DNA of 64,000 bases from Acidobacteriota bacterium (GCA_046732795.1 JBKPNV010000044.1:4629-68628), one strand, 5' to 3'; counted from the stretch's first letter, positions 34,278 to 44,299 are shown. Made by a program: numbers and translations. Notes: a model not told the origin generated them from the sequence alone.

Positions 34278-35408
34278 CTAAACGCCCGCCCCCTCAGGGT
34301 ATTCAAGAGCCAACTTCAGTTCCCGCGCGAGCGAGTCCACGGTCGTTCCCGCGCGTTTCCAGACACCCTCGCTCTCAAACCGTACGTTGCCGATACGCCG
34401 ACCCCACGGAGCCATCACGCGGCCAATTGCCCGATAATCGCTGCGGTCTGCATGTTCCTGGTCGAGACGCCGCACGACATCGGGGGCAACGCGAATGAAG
34501 GCGCGCAACGCGGTCGCTGACTTGATGCTGTACTTGCGCCCATTCCACGCGACGCCAAACACCACTGACACCTGCTTGAAATAATTCACGAAGAACCTTT
34601 TCGATTCCTCGCGGAAGTCGGCGGCCTTGCGCGGACCACCAAACGCATCGCTCGCGAAGAGCTTCTTGAGCTCCTGGGCCAGCGGCGCCTGTGCAACACG
34701 TCCATGGCCGACGCCGAGCAGCTTGATCTCGCCTTTCAATGGAGAATCCTCGCGATCGTTCAGCGCCCGGACGACATCGTGCGCCGCCGCCAACGCATCG
34801 TCGCGATACAACTGCCGTCCGGAGAGGCTCACCAGGTGCGATGCATTCAGGCGGGTGTGCTTGGCGTTGATCGTCACAAACATCTGAACGACGTGGTCTT
34901 CCGGCAAACGGTCGAAGATGATGGCTGGGACCGTGAAGTCCTCGTCCTTGATGTTGTCGATATCGGCATGCAACGCGAGCAGGCGATGCTGGCCGTCAAT
35001 GGCACGGAGGATGCCTTCGCGCTCGGGCACTTTCAGGCGGCCGATTGCAGCGCCGTCTGACGCGGGCTCGAACGTGAGCTTCTCGTCACACGAGATGATG
35101 ACTGCTCCGGCGATGGAGGGAAGATCGCGCGCCTGTCGGCACTGCTCGTAATACTGGACGAGTTCGTCGATTTTTCGCCTGATGATCTGCCGCTGGTACG
35201 CCTTCTCGCTCGACGCAATACGACGCTCGAGGAGATCCCAATTCACCTTCGACGGTGTCTTCTTATTGCCGCCACGGACCGGCTGCCCGGCGTCCCCGTA
35301 GTTCAGCACTTCGAAGCGCACAAGCTTGTCGATGTCTCCTGCGGTCAGCGAGGCCTGGTAAAACCGGACCCCGAACTGCTGCATACGGATGGCGGCCACG
35401 TTAATCAT
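34278..35408 (-). CDS. DGQHR-domain (DndB-like, ParB/Srx-superfamily) protein
   Basis: The literal motif is LRAIDGQHRLLAL. ATG 35408 (MINVAAIRMQQFGVRFYQASL) is preferred over TTG 35483. Confidence 0.8.
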   Translation of the reverse strand: MINVAAIRMQQFGVRFYQASLTAGDIDKLVRFEVLNYGDAGQPVRGGNKKTPSKVNWDLLERRIASSEKAYQRQIIRRKIDELVQYYEQCRQARDLPSIAGAVIISCDEKLTFEPASDGAAIGRLKVPEREGILRAIDGQHRLLALHADIDNIKDEDFTVPAIIFDRLPEDHVVQMFVTINAKHTRLNASHLVSLSGRQLYRDDALAAAHDVVRALNDREDSPLKGEIKLLGVGHGRVAQAPLAQELKKLFASDAFGGPRKAADFREESKRFFVNYFKQVSVVFGVAWNGRKYSIKSATALRAFIRVAPDVVRRLDQEHADRSDYRAIGRVMAPWGRRIGNVRFESEGVWKRAGTTVDSLARELKLALEYPEGAGV

Positions 35409-35654
35409 TCGTTTATTTGTCCGTCTGGGAGATTTCGCGCACGGAAGAGGCGAATTGTAGCGGCCAGTCGCCCATAATCTCAACCCGTTTCTGTCGGAAT
35501 CCCCGATGAGCCAAGCTCTTCCACAATGGAAGGTTCTTCGTTCAAAGCATGGGTTCGGTTGAAGTTAAACGAATTGTTCATCTATTCAGCTGATTACCCG
35601 TCTACCTGTTTTTGTCATATGCCTGTGCACGGGTCCGCGGACAGGCTGGAGCGC

Positions 35655-36719
35655 TCAGGCGCCGTGCGAGGGCGCGAGAGCCCGGGAGTGCGGCGGAGCG
35701 GAGTCCTGGAGGACCCGATCCTTGAGCTTGACCAGGCCGAAAAGGAAAAAGGTAAACGCGATGTACGACACGATCGCCTGCTCGAAAGTAAGCGCCTTGT
35801 GCAGCCAGAAGCTCGCGATGCCGTAGACCATCTCGACGTGAATCCAATACACGAAGAGAGAGGCCACGCCAAAATCGCGGATCGGAGACCAGCCGCGGAA
35901 GAATGCGTTCCACAGGTACCCGATTGGTATCGATGTGATAAGAACGCCGAGCCGCACAAAAAAGAACGTGGGCGACCCAGTCCAGAAAGTCGTGCCCGTG
36001 TAGAACGTCGGCAGGTAGGTCGACAGATAGCCGACCACGGCAATCAGCGGGCCGCTAATCGCCAGTGCTTTCAGCGCTGTCCGTTCTTCGTCATCCGTCC
36101 TTGTCCGATCGAGCCACAGCCCGATCACGACCCCGCAGAGCAGAAATCCGGCCCACGGAAACAGCGTGAATGCTCCGGACCCGGGCACCGCTTTGAAATA
36201 CCACTGGATCGGGTAGGGCATCGATGCAATAGCGGTCTCTTGTCGGATCAGAGGTGTGGCCAGAACGAACAACAACGCGCCAGCACTCAAAGCGGCGGCG
36301 CGCCACAGATCTTTCGCCGCGATGCGCCACAACACCGCGGCCAGTACCATCGACAGCCCCATGACGTTCAGGATGTCGACCTTGAAGAGGGTTTGCGGAA
36401 ACGGCCCGCCGCTGACGATGAACGACTGAAGACGGAAAAGGACACCAAGTCCGAGAATCTGCCAACCCCTGCGACGAGCGATCGCCGCAGCTGCAGAAAC
36501 GGTCAGCCCGCGTCGCTGCCTCGAGCCGATTGCGAGCGCCAGTGCAACACCGGCGAGAAACAGAAACAAGGGCGCGCTGAATCCGCCGATCGCGATCGCC
36601 CATCGGTATGGATGTTCGGAACGGTCGGGGACGCGCACCCACGCGTCGAACAGGTGCGCTTCCACCATGATCAACACGGCGACGCCGCGCAGCCAGTCGA
36701 GATACGATCTGCGACGCAC
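35655..36719 (-). CDS. DUF1624 / heparan-alpha-glucosaminide N-acetyltransferase-like membrane acyltransferase
   Basis: N-terminus is MRRRSYLDWLRGVAVLIMVEAHLFDAW. About 9-10 hydrophobic segments. Confidence 0.7.
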   Translation of the reverse strand: MRRRSYLDWLRGVAVLIMVEAHLFDAWVRVPDRSEHPYRWAIAIGGFSAPLFLFLAGVALALAIGSRQRRGLTVSAAAAIARRRGWQILGLGVLFRLQSFIVSGGPFPQTLFKVDILNVMGLSMVLAAVLWRIAAKDLWRAAALSAGALLFVLATPLIRQETAIASMPYPIQWYFKAVPGSGAFTLFPWAGFLLCGVVIGLWLDRTRTDDEERTALKALAISGPLIAVVGYLSTYLPTFYTGTTFWTGSPTFFFVRLGVLITSIPIGYLWNAFFRGWSPIRDFGVASLFVYWIHVEMVYGIASFWLHKALTFEQAIVSYIAFTFFLFGLVKLKDRVLQDSAPPHSRALAPSHGA

Positions 36720-36829
36720 CTTACTATTTTGAGGCTTTCCCAGGCGCGATCTGATGACCGATCAAGCGAAACCGAGCCTCGGCTGTCCGCCGCTGTCCAC
36801 GAGAATGACGGGGTGCGCGTTCGATATCT

Positions 36830-37627
36830 TCAGCGAACGGCCGTCTGCCGCATGCCGGGAGCCGGTGCTGTCGTCGGCGGCTTTCTGGATCCGAATAATG
36901 TGGAGAAGAGCAGCCAGGCTACTGGCAGCGCCAGCAGCATGTAGCTGAGGAATTGGCCATATCGTCCATCAGGACCGTAAGGCTCCGTGGCCCAATGAAG
37001 CGCTTCACTGCCCTGCCAGAGATTCGCTTCGGTGAGCTCATGAAAACCGTAGATTGCCAGTTGCACGACGAACACGGACAGGAACACTGCGGTCACCTGG
37101 AAGAAGAGACCCAGGTTGATGCGATATCCGTAACGAGACCACAGCCACGCAACGAACGCGGCACTCGACACTCCAGCAGTTGCCCCGATCAGGATGTTGA
37201 CGGCCGCTTCCTGAAAGAGCAGCGTGCCCATGAGCAGCGCCGTCTCCATTCCTTCGCGCGTGATCATCAACAGCGTGAAGAGGAATACACCGGCGAATGC
37301 TTTCGCACCAGTCTTCATCGCTGACGATTCGAGGTGCGATTCGATCTCGCGTTTCATCTTCCGTGCATGACGCCACATGTGGACGATGAGTGAGGCCACG
37401 AGTACCGCGGCGACCAGCGCGAGCACTCCTTCCCACAAGGCCTGGTTGGACGCTTGTTGAAACAAGAGCGCCGCTCCGATGCTGACCAGAATCGACAGGC
37501 CGATGCCCCAGTGCACTGCCGAGACCAGGCTCGATCGCCCCGCCTTCTTCAAATACGCCAGGCTGATCGCAACGATAAGAAACGCTTCGAGTCCTTCACG
37601 CAGCGTGATGACAAATGCCTGTAACAT
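36830..37627 (-). CDS. FTR1-family iron permease
   Basis: Internal ATG at 37627 gives MLQAFVITLREGLEAFLIV. There is a second REGMETALLM motif, so both REXXE motifs are present. Confidence 0.85.
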   Translation of the reverse strand: MLQAFVITLREGLEAFLIVAISLAYLKKAGRSSLVSAVHWGIGLSILVSIGAALLFQQASNQALWEGVLALVAAVLVASLIVHMWRHARKMKREIESHLESSAMKTGAKAFAGVFLFTLLMITREGMETALLMGTLLFQEAAVNILIGATAGVSSAAFVAWLWSRYGYRINLGLFFQVTAVFLSVFVVQLAIYGFHELTEANLWQGSEALHWATEPYGPDGRYGQFLSYMLLALPVAWLLFSTLFGSRKPPTTAPAPGMRQTAVR

Positions 37628-37781
37628 GGCAGCCCCGCTAAACTGAGATCGAGTCTCAAGTCTATTACGGCTGCCTTTCACGAAACAACTATTCCCGGGA
37701 GACCGGCGCTTTTTTCAAGCGCCGCCTCCGGGCCCCTGGGAGGTTGTAATTTGTTCAGGTTGAAATTGCGTTTTGGAGAAA

Positions 37782-38336
37782 TTACTGAATCGGAATCGTC
37801 CAGAAGTACACCGTCCGGCCGTTGACGTTCAGCGTTTCTTTTGGCTTTCGCTCGGTTCCGTCTGAGCTCATATCGAAGGCATGCGACACGATGCGAGTTC
37901 CGGGTTTGAGCTCTTTGTTCAACTTCGGGATGAGCTTCACATTGAGCGACGGAAGCAGGTAGAGCGTCACAACCGTCGCTTCGCTGATGTCAGTCGTGAA
38001 GAGATCCTGATTGAGGAACTTCACCCGATCGCCGACACCGGCTGTCTTGAGATTTTCCGTGGCCTCTTTGATACGTTGCGGGTCGATGTCGATACCCACG
38101 CCGCGGGCGCCATAGGTCTTGGCCGCCGTGATCGGAATGCGGCCGTCGCCCGACCCGAGGTCGTAAATGACGTCATTTTTCGTCACCTTGGCCAACTTGA
38201 GCATCGCGTCCACGACCTCTTGTGGGGTGGGAACGAAGATCACGTCTGGCGAGCGCAGGGGCTGCTGCGCCCAGGCAGGCGCGACAACCGTCGTGACCAG
38301 AATCGTCAGGATCAGAAGCAGTCTGCGAGCAGTCAT
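37782..38336 (-). CDS. Class I SAM-dependent methyltransferase with N-terminal signal/anchor sequence
   Basis: N-terminus is MTARRLLLILTILVTTVVAPAWAQQP. It is followed by FVPTPQEVVDAMLKLAKVTKNDVIYDLGSGDGRIPITAAK, a SAM motif I. Confidence 0.8.
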   Translation of the reverse strand: MTARRLLLILTILVTTVVAPAWAQQPLRSPDVIFVPTPQEVVDAMLKLAKVTKNDVIYDLGSGDGRIPITAAKTYGARGVGIDIDPQRIKEATENLKTAGVGDRVKFLNQDLFTTDISEATVVTLYLLPSLNVKLIPKLNKELKPGTRIVSHAFDMSSDGTERKPKETLNVNGRTVYFWTIPIQ

Positions 38337-38481
38337 GAGCCTCCTTCAAACCGGACCGCGGCGCTGTCTGTGCCCGCCGACGGCTGGTTTTGCCAATATC
38401 TCTGGCGCGATTGCGCCAAGGACCGCGTCGCGGTCCAGCGTAAAGGAGGATTATCTAACAGCTTCCAAATCAGCCGCTAGC

Positions 38482-38505
38482 AGCTGGCGGAAATATCCGC
38501 CAGCT
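38482..38505 (-). terminator. 9-bp stem hairpin immediately after the HTH-protein stop codon
   Basis: agctggcgg-aaatat-ccgccagct. There is no strong U tract, so terminator function is uncertain. Confidence 0.35.
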
Positions 38506-38987
38506 CAAGGAAGGGTTCGCGGTGCGCGTCGCTGACGGAACGCGGGCTCGGCGCCAGTCAGGCGGTTCCACAGTGCACGGCCCGGCTGGGTCAGAAACGC
38601 ATGCCACGCGGGCTTGGTGTCCTCCGATGCGCGCTTATCGGTACTGCGGCGGCCCTGAGGGTGGCTGAACTCGTCCTGGTAACCAGACGAGGACGCCACG
38701 ATCGAAGCGATCTCCTGAATCGTCCCGCCGGCACGACGGTCGCCCTGAGGGAACAGCCGGCAGAATTCCTCCACCGTATCCACGGGATCGAGATCCACGG
38801 CCAGCGCATACTCGCGAATCCAGGCGCGCGAGTACAGGCCACGCGGCCAGCCGGTCAGATCGTTTCGTTCGAGGCCTTCGAGAAGATCGCGCCGGATTCG
38901 CAGGGTGGCCGCAATTTCCTCGATCGACACACGATTGCGCGTACGATGACGACGCAACCGCGTTACGAACATCTCCTGAGGGTTCAT
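38505..38987 (-). CDS. Helix-turn-helix (RodZ-N-terminal/HTH_25-like) domain protein
   Basis: Contains RVSIEEIAATLRIRRDLLEGLERNDLTGWPRGLYSRAWIREYA. No TM segment. Confidence 0.6.
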   Translation of the reverse strand: MNPQEMFVTRLRRHRTRNRVSIEEIAATLRIRRDLLEGLERNDLTGWPRGLYSRAWIREYALAVDLDPVDTVEEFCRLFPQGDRRAGGTIQEIASIVASSSGYQDEFSHPQGRRSTDKRASEDTKPAWHAFLTQPGRALWNRLTGAEPAFRQRRAPRTLP

Positions 38988-39216
38988 GTGGTCTCCAGTA
39001 GCGTGGAGAACCAGAGCAATTCCCGCGCCTTCGACCGGTTTCGGCAGTGCGCTTCTTTCTCCTTCAATGACGGAGACTTACTGGACTCGACGAAACCGTA
39101 ACCGGGGCGAGTTGTTCCAAATTCGCCCCCTTGGATTACGGATTTCCGTATTCCAGATCGAGCCGTGCCTGAGGAATTTAACGTCGATCCGGCGTTTGTC
39201 GAACGTCTCCCGGGCT

Positions 39217-40035
39217 CTAGTCCAGAGTGGGAACGGCGCCGCCAAGATAAGTGGCAAGGTGGGTCAGATCGAACTGCAAACCGGTATAGAAGGGACCGAA
39301 CTCGGCAAATTTCGCGCTCGCTTCATCGAAGCGCATCTCGTAAATCAACTTCTTGAACACCAGCGGATCCTGCGCGAACAAATCAACGCCCCACTCCCAA
39401 TCGTCATAGCCAATGGAGCCGGAGATGACCTGCGTGACCTTGCCCGAGTAGTGGCGTCCGATCATTCCGTGTTCGCGCATCATGCTTGCGCGTCGCTCGA
39501 AGGGCTCCGAGTACCAATTGACGCTCTCGCCTCGGCGCTTGTTCATCGGATAGAAGCACACGTAACGCGCGCGCGGCATCTCGATGAAGAGACGGCTCAT
39601 CACCCGTTGCCGCTGCGTTTCCATTTCTGAGTCGAACGCGCTCTCGAATGCGTCGCTTCCCGGCTTATGGATTGCGCCAAGCTGCTCGTGGAGCTTGCCG
39701 GTCATCTCATACATGCCGAGCTCGACGATCGAGACGTACGATGTCGTCGTGTCCAGATAGCCGTGCAGCTCGGTCCGCGACAGCGCCAGTTGCGCCTGGG
39801 CGATCTGCTCGAAACCCCGGCGGAAACAGATGAACATCAGGTCCGCCTTGTGCCCCAGCATCTGCACGGCGGCCGTCGATCCCGCATCGGGCACCGAGAG
39901 CGCGCGCACTGCCTCGTCCGACATGCGCTGCAGGTCCGCTGGTCCGGCGCCGCGCAAGCGTTCCCAGCGAACGCGGAACATCAGGTGAAGGATGCTCCAG
40001 CCTTCGAGTGACTCCGGTACGAGTGGGTTGTGCAT
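39217..40035 (-). CDS. hemQ: Coproheme decarboxylase / chlorite dismutase-family protein
   Basis: Contains SGSIGYDDWEWGVDLFAQDPLVFKKLIYEMRFDEASAKFAEFGPFYTG, characteristic of HemQ/ChdC. Confidence 0.9.
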   Translation of the reverse strand: MHNPLVPESLEGWSILHLMFRVRWERLRGAGPADLQRMSDEAVRALSVPDAGSTAAVQMLGHKADLMFICFRRGFEQIAQAQLALSRTELHGYLDTTTSYVSIVELGMYEMTGKLHEQLGAIHKPGSDAFESAFDSEMETQRQRVMSRLFIEMPRARYVCFYPMNKRRGESVNWYSEPFERRASMMREHGMIGRHYSGKVTQVISGSIGYDDWEWGVDLFAQDPLVFKKLIYEMRFDEASAKFAEFGPFYTGLQFDLTHLATYLGGAVPTLD

Positions 40036-40064
40036 GGAGAGAATGTTACTCGCTCAATGCTCGT

Positions 40065-43000
40065 TTACGTCGTCCCGGTGGCACGCGCGTGCCCGGCGTC
40101 GCGAAGAGCTTTGTGGCCGGAACGGCGCAGACGCGCAGTCAGCCAATCCCGGCTGTCGGCAAGTATCTCGTACACGGTGGGAATGACGAGCAGGGTCAGC
40201 AACGTCGACGTGACGACGCCGCCAATCACGGTGACCCCGAGCGGCGCACGGAAGTCTCCACCCTCGCCGGTGCCCATCGCCACCGGCACCATGCCGGCGA
40301 CGAGCGCGAACGTCGTCATCAGGATAGGCCGCAACCGCACACGCCCCGCCTGAATGAGCGCCTCGCGCCGAGGCATCCCGGCTTCTTCCGACCACTTGGC
40401 AAAGTCGATCAGCAGAATGGCGTTCTTCGCCACGATCCCGACCAGCAGGATGACGCCGATCATGCTCATGATGTTGAGCGATGCCCTCCCGACGAGGAGC
40501 GCCAGCATGACGCCAATCAACGACAGCGGGAGCGAGAGCATGATCGACAACGGCTCGAGGAACGATCCGAACTGCACAACCAGGACGAAGTACATCAAAA
40601 GGATGGCCACACCGATTGCGAGGAACATCTGGGTGAAGATCTCCTGCTGTTGCTCCGTCTCGCCGCCCTGGGTCAAAGAATAGCCCGGCGGGAAGGTCAC
40701 CGATTGCTGCACCCGCGCCATCGTGTCGCTGACGACAGCCGACAGGGGACGGTTCTCGGTGTTGGCCTCGACGTTGATGACGCGATCGCGATCGAGGTGA
40801 TCGATCCGGGCCGGTCCGATGGACGGCGTGACACGGGCGACCTGCCCGAGCGGGATGCTCTTGTCGTTGTTGCTGCCCACGAGCAAGGGAAGCGATTCGA
40901 GGTCGGCCACAACGGTTCGAGACTCCGGCGCGAGTCGAATCGTCACGTCGCGCGTCTCCCCGGACGGATCGATCCAGTCACCGACATCGATGCCGGCAAA
41001 CGCCGGCCGCAACGCCTGCGCGACCTGGCCGACCGTGACGCCGAGCGATCCGGCAAGTGCGCGATCGATCTGCACGTCGAGTTCCGGCTTCTGTCCCTTC
41101 GTCGACAGGGCCACGTCGACGGCTCCAGGCACCTTGCGCATCTCCGTGGCAACGGCCTGCGCAAGGCCCGTCAACTGCGTTGCGTCGGGCCCGCGCACCT
41201 GCAATTGAATCTGTTTCTCACCCGGGTTGAAGCCGGTGCTGATCGATGCCGTGATTCCAGCCAGGCGGACCAGTTCCGAGCGGATGTCGGCGACCACCTG
41301 CAACTGGCTTCGCGTGCGCTCGGTCTTGGGCGTCAGCTTCACGTAGACCACGCCTTCGTCGACCGCATCGCCCTGACCGCCAATGGCTGTATACACGTAC
41401 CTCACTTCCGGACGCGAGCGCGCAATTCGAGAGACTTCCTGAGCCTTTACTCGTGTGTACGCGAGATTCGATCCGGGCGGTGTCTCGATATCGATTCTGA
41501 ACTCGGACGTATCCATCTCCGGCACGAAGCCGGCACCGACGATGCCCATTGCTGGAAGCGCTAACGCCGCGACGAACGTCACGATCGCGAGGGAGACCAT
41601 CGCGAAGCGGTGATCGAGCGCCCACGCGATGACACTCTTGTAGCGTTCCGCCTGTCGGTCGAACCACTGGTTGAATCTTCCGAGAACTCGCGACACGAGC
41701 GGCCGCTGGTGCAACGGCAGGTGCGGGTCGGGCCAGTACGCCGACAGCATCGGGTCGAGCGAGAACGACACGAACAGCGACACCAGCACCGAACACACGA
41801 TCGTCAGCCCGAACGGCTTGAACCATTGGCCGGCGATCCCGCCGAGGAACGCGATCGGCACGAACACGACGACGATGGAGAGCGTCGTCGCCGTCACGGC
41901 AAGGCCGATCTCGTCAGTGCCGTCGAAAGCGGCCTGGTAATGCCCCTTCCCCATCTCGACGTGACGGACGATGTTCTCTCGCACCACGATCGCATCGTCG
42001 ATGAGGATGCCGATCGACAACGACAGCCCGAGCAGCGACATCGTGTTCAGCGTGAAGCCGTACGCCCACACCGCGACGAATGAGGCGAGCACGGAGACCG
42101 GAAGAGCGAGCCCGGTGATGATCGTCGAGCGCCACGAATTGAGAAACAGGAACACGACGGCAACAGTGAGCGCGGCCCCTTCGATCAACGCCTGCTGCAC
42201 GCCGGCGACGGAATCGGCCACGCGCACGCCGGCATCGGTGACCACGCGAAGCGTCACGCCGGCAGGGAGCGTGCGTTGAATGTCGGCCACGCGCGTGCGT
42301 ATCTGTTCGGCGATCGCAGTCGTGCTGAACCCGGTCGACTTGAGGATGTCGATGCCCACCGCCGATTCATCGTTGTACAAAGCGAAGGAACGCGGTTCCT
42401 CGGTCGCGTCGCGCACGTCGGCCAGATCGCCCAGCCGGATCACGCGCCCCTGCGATTGCGACACCACCAGCTGCTTGAAGTCCGCGGGTGACTCGAGACG
42501 CCCTTTGAGCCTGATCGTGCGCTCCTCGAGCTCTCCTGCGAGTCGGCCCACGGGCGAAGCGAGGTTCTGAGACTGAAGCGCCTGCACGACCTGCGACACG
42601 CCGACGCCACTGGCCTGCAGATCGCGAGGCCGGATCTCGACAACCAGTTCGCGTTCAACGGCGCCTACGAGGTTGACCGATGCAACGCCGGAAATGGCGC
42701 GGAGCCGGCGGGTGATGTCCGGGTCGGCCAGCCGGGTGAGCTCCGCGCCGGTAAGGCCCGGAGACGAGAGCGTCAGCGACATGATCGGTCGGTCGGCCGG
42801 ATCGAACTGCGTGAGGATCGGCTCTTCCATCTCGCTCGGCAGTTCGTTGCGAATCTCTCCAATCTTGTCGCGGACCTCCTGGCTCGCCAACCGCGGATCT
42901 TTCGAGAAGTCGAACTCCACGATGATGTTGGCAAAGCTGTCGAGCGAGTTCGATCGCATCCGATCGACACCGCTGATGCCGGAGATCACTTCCTCGATCG

Positions 43001-43196
43001 GATCGATGACTTCGCGCTCGACGACGTCGGGTGATGCACCCGGGTACGGGATCGCAATCACCACGACGGGCGCATCAATTTCGGGGTATTCGTCCGTATC
43101 GAGCTGGACGAGCGCGACCAGTCCGAAAACGACGAAGAGCAACATCGCCACGATCGTCAAGACCGGGCGTTTAATCGCGGTATCTGAAATGAACAT
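40065..43196 (-). CDS. RND efflux transporter permease subunit
   Basis: 1043 aa. N-terminus MFISDTAIKRPVLTIVAMLLFVVFGLVAL. The 12-TM/2-loop architecture is typical of the AcrB/HAE1 family. Confidence 0.95.
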   Translation of the reverse strand: MFISDTAIKRPVLTIVAMLLFVVFGLVALVQLDTDEYPEIDAPVVVIAIPYPGASPDVVEREVIDPIEEVISGISGVDRMRSNSLDSFANIIVEFDFSKDPRLASQEVRDKIGEIRNELPSEMEEPILTQFDPADRPIMSLTLSSPGLTGAELTRLADPDITRRLRAISGVASVNLVGAVERELVVEIRPRDLQASGVGVSQVVQALQSQNLASPVGRLAGELEERTIRLKGRLESPADFKQLVVSQSQGRVIRLGDLADVRDATEEPRSFALYNDESAVGIDILKSTGFSTTAIAEQIRTRVADIQRTLPAGVTLRVVTDAGVRVADSVAGVQQALIEGAALTVAVVFLFLNSWRSTIITGLALPVSVLASFVAVWAYGFTLNTMSLLGLSLSIGILIDDAIVVRENIVRHVEMGKGHYQAAFDGTDEIGLAVTATTLSIVVVFVPIAFLGGIAGQWFKPFGLTIVCSVLVSLFVSFSLDPMLSAYWPDPHLPLHQRPLVSRVLGRFNQWFDRQAERYKSVIAWALDHRFAMVSLAIVTFVAALALPAMGIVGAGFVPEMDTSEFRIDIETPPGSNLAYTRVKAQEVSRIARSRPEVRYVYTAIGGQGDAVDEGVVYVKLTPKTERTRSQLQVVADIRSELVRLAGITASISTGFNPGEKQIQLQVRGPDATQLTGLAQAVATEMRKVPGAVDVALSTKGQKPELDVQIDRALAGSLGVTVGQVAQALRPAFAGIDVGDWIDPSGETRDVTIRLAPESRTVVADLESLPLLVGSNNDKSIPLGQVARVTPSIGPARIDHLDRDRVINVEANTENRPLSAVVSDTMARVQQSVTFPPGYSLTQGGETEQQQEIFTQMFLAIGVAILLMYFVLVVQFGSFLEPLSIMLSLPLSLIGVMLALLVGRASLNIMSMIGVILLVGIVAKNAILLIDFAKWSEEAGMPRREALIQAGRVRLRPILMTTFALVAGMVPVAMGTGEGGDFRAPLGVTVIGGVVTSTLLTLLVIPTVYEILADSRDWLTARLRRSGHKALRDAGHARATGTT

Positions 43197-43201
43197 TGGC
43201 G

Positions 43202-44299
43202 TTACCGTGCGGCAGCCACTTTGACTGGTGTCCCTGGACTAATACCCTGCGCGGCGCCGCGCAGCAGCGTATCTCCAGCAGTCAATCCCGCCACGACCTG
43301 CACCTCTTCGCGCCGTGGATCGCGCAGACCGAGCGTCACCGCAACTCGTTCGGTCTCGCCATCGCGAACACGCAACGCCCACGGTTCACCTTCGCTGGTG
43401 TTGACGGCATTGAGTGGCACGATCAACCCGTTCGCCGACTCGCTGACAACCCGCCCTTCGGCGAAGAGGCCGGCCACCAGCCGTCCGCCGACATTGGGAA
43501 TCGCCACGTAGATCGGCACCTGCCTCGTTGCTGGATCTGCTTGCGGCGCAATGCGCTCGATTCGCCCGCTGAACGAACGGTCGTAGCCGCGCACGGTGAA
43601 GTCCACGGACGCGCCCACGCGCAACACGGACAGATCCTCAGCGGGAACCGACGCTTCGAGCCGCATCGACGATGGATCGATGATGCGGAACAGCTCGGCA
43701 CCTGGCATCACGATGTCACCGGCATGTACCGCACGACTGGCGACGATGCCGGAGAACGGCGCGCGGATGGTCGTATCGCCGAGCGAGCGTTCGGCGCTGG
43801 CAAACCGGGCCCGGGCATCGGCAAGCGCCGCCTCCGCAACCGCGACCGAGTTGCGCGACACGTCGAGCTCGCGAGCCGCCAGCGCGCCCGCCTCGACCAG
43901 CCGTTCTGTCCGTTCCGTTTCCCGCCTGGCGACGGCCAGCTGATTCTCCGCGGATCGGACTGCCGAGGCCGCTGACTGACGGGCATCCTCGAGCGTGCGC
44001 GTCTCGATCCGGGCGAGAACGGCGCCGCGTGTTACCGCCTGCGCCTCCTCCACCGTCACATCGAGAACCGCCCCACCGATTTCGGCGCGAACCGTCGCTT
44101 CGCGCGTCGGCGTCAACTGACCGGAGATGATCGGGCCAACGATGATCGTCCCCGATTGAACTGAAACGACGTTCTCCGCGCCGAGCTGAACCGGCAGCGG
44201 AGCGGGCGCGGTGCCCTCACCTTCGACACGCTGATTGCATGCGGCGGAAAGTACCGCGAGGCTTACGAGAAGAACTGCCAGGGACCACCGAGTCTTCAT
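43202..44299 (-). CDS. RND efflux periplasmic adaptor (MFP/HlyD family)
   Basis: Lipoprotein-like signal LSAAC, a coiled-coil region, and IRAPFSGIV. Confidence 0.9.
   Translation of the reverse strand: MKTRWSLAVLLVSLAVLSAACNQRVEGEGTAPAPLPVQLGAENVVSVQSGTIIVGPIISGQLTPTREATVRAEIGGAVLDVTVEEAQAVTRGAVLARIETRTLEDARQSAASAVRSAENQLAVARRETERTERLVEAGALAARELDVSRNSVAVAEAALADARARFASAERSLGDTTIRAPFSGIVASRAVHAGDIVMPGAELFRIIDPSSMRLEASVPAEDLSVLRVGASVDFTVRGYDRSFSGRIERIAPQADPATRQVPIYVAIPNVGGRLVAGLFAEGRVVSESANGLIVPLNAVNTSEGEPWALRVRDGETERVAVTLGLRDPRREEVQVVAGLTAGDTLLRGAAQGISPGTPVKVAAAR

Noticed and set aside
34112-34306. 64-aa minus-strand ORF in the pxpA-DGQHR spacer.
   Set aside because: It overlaps the 3' end of the DGQHR gene, has a basic low-complexity translation, and lacks supporting signals.
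35480-35581. 33-codon minus-strand ORF (MNNSFNFNRTHALNEEPSIVEELGSSGIPTETG) upstream of the DGQHR gene.
   Set aside because: It has no RBS, no recognisable motif and a very short length in an AT-richer spacer. It cannot be distinguished from chance.
40008-41564. 518-aa plus-strand ORF.
   Set aside because: It is antisense to the RND permease gene, has an Arg/His/Asp-rich low-complexity translation, and shows no motifs.
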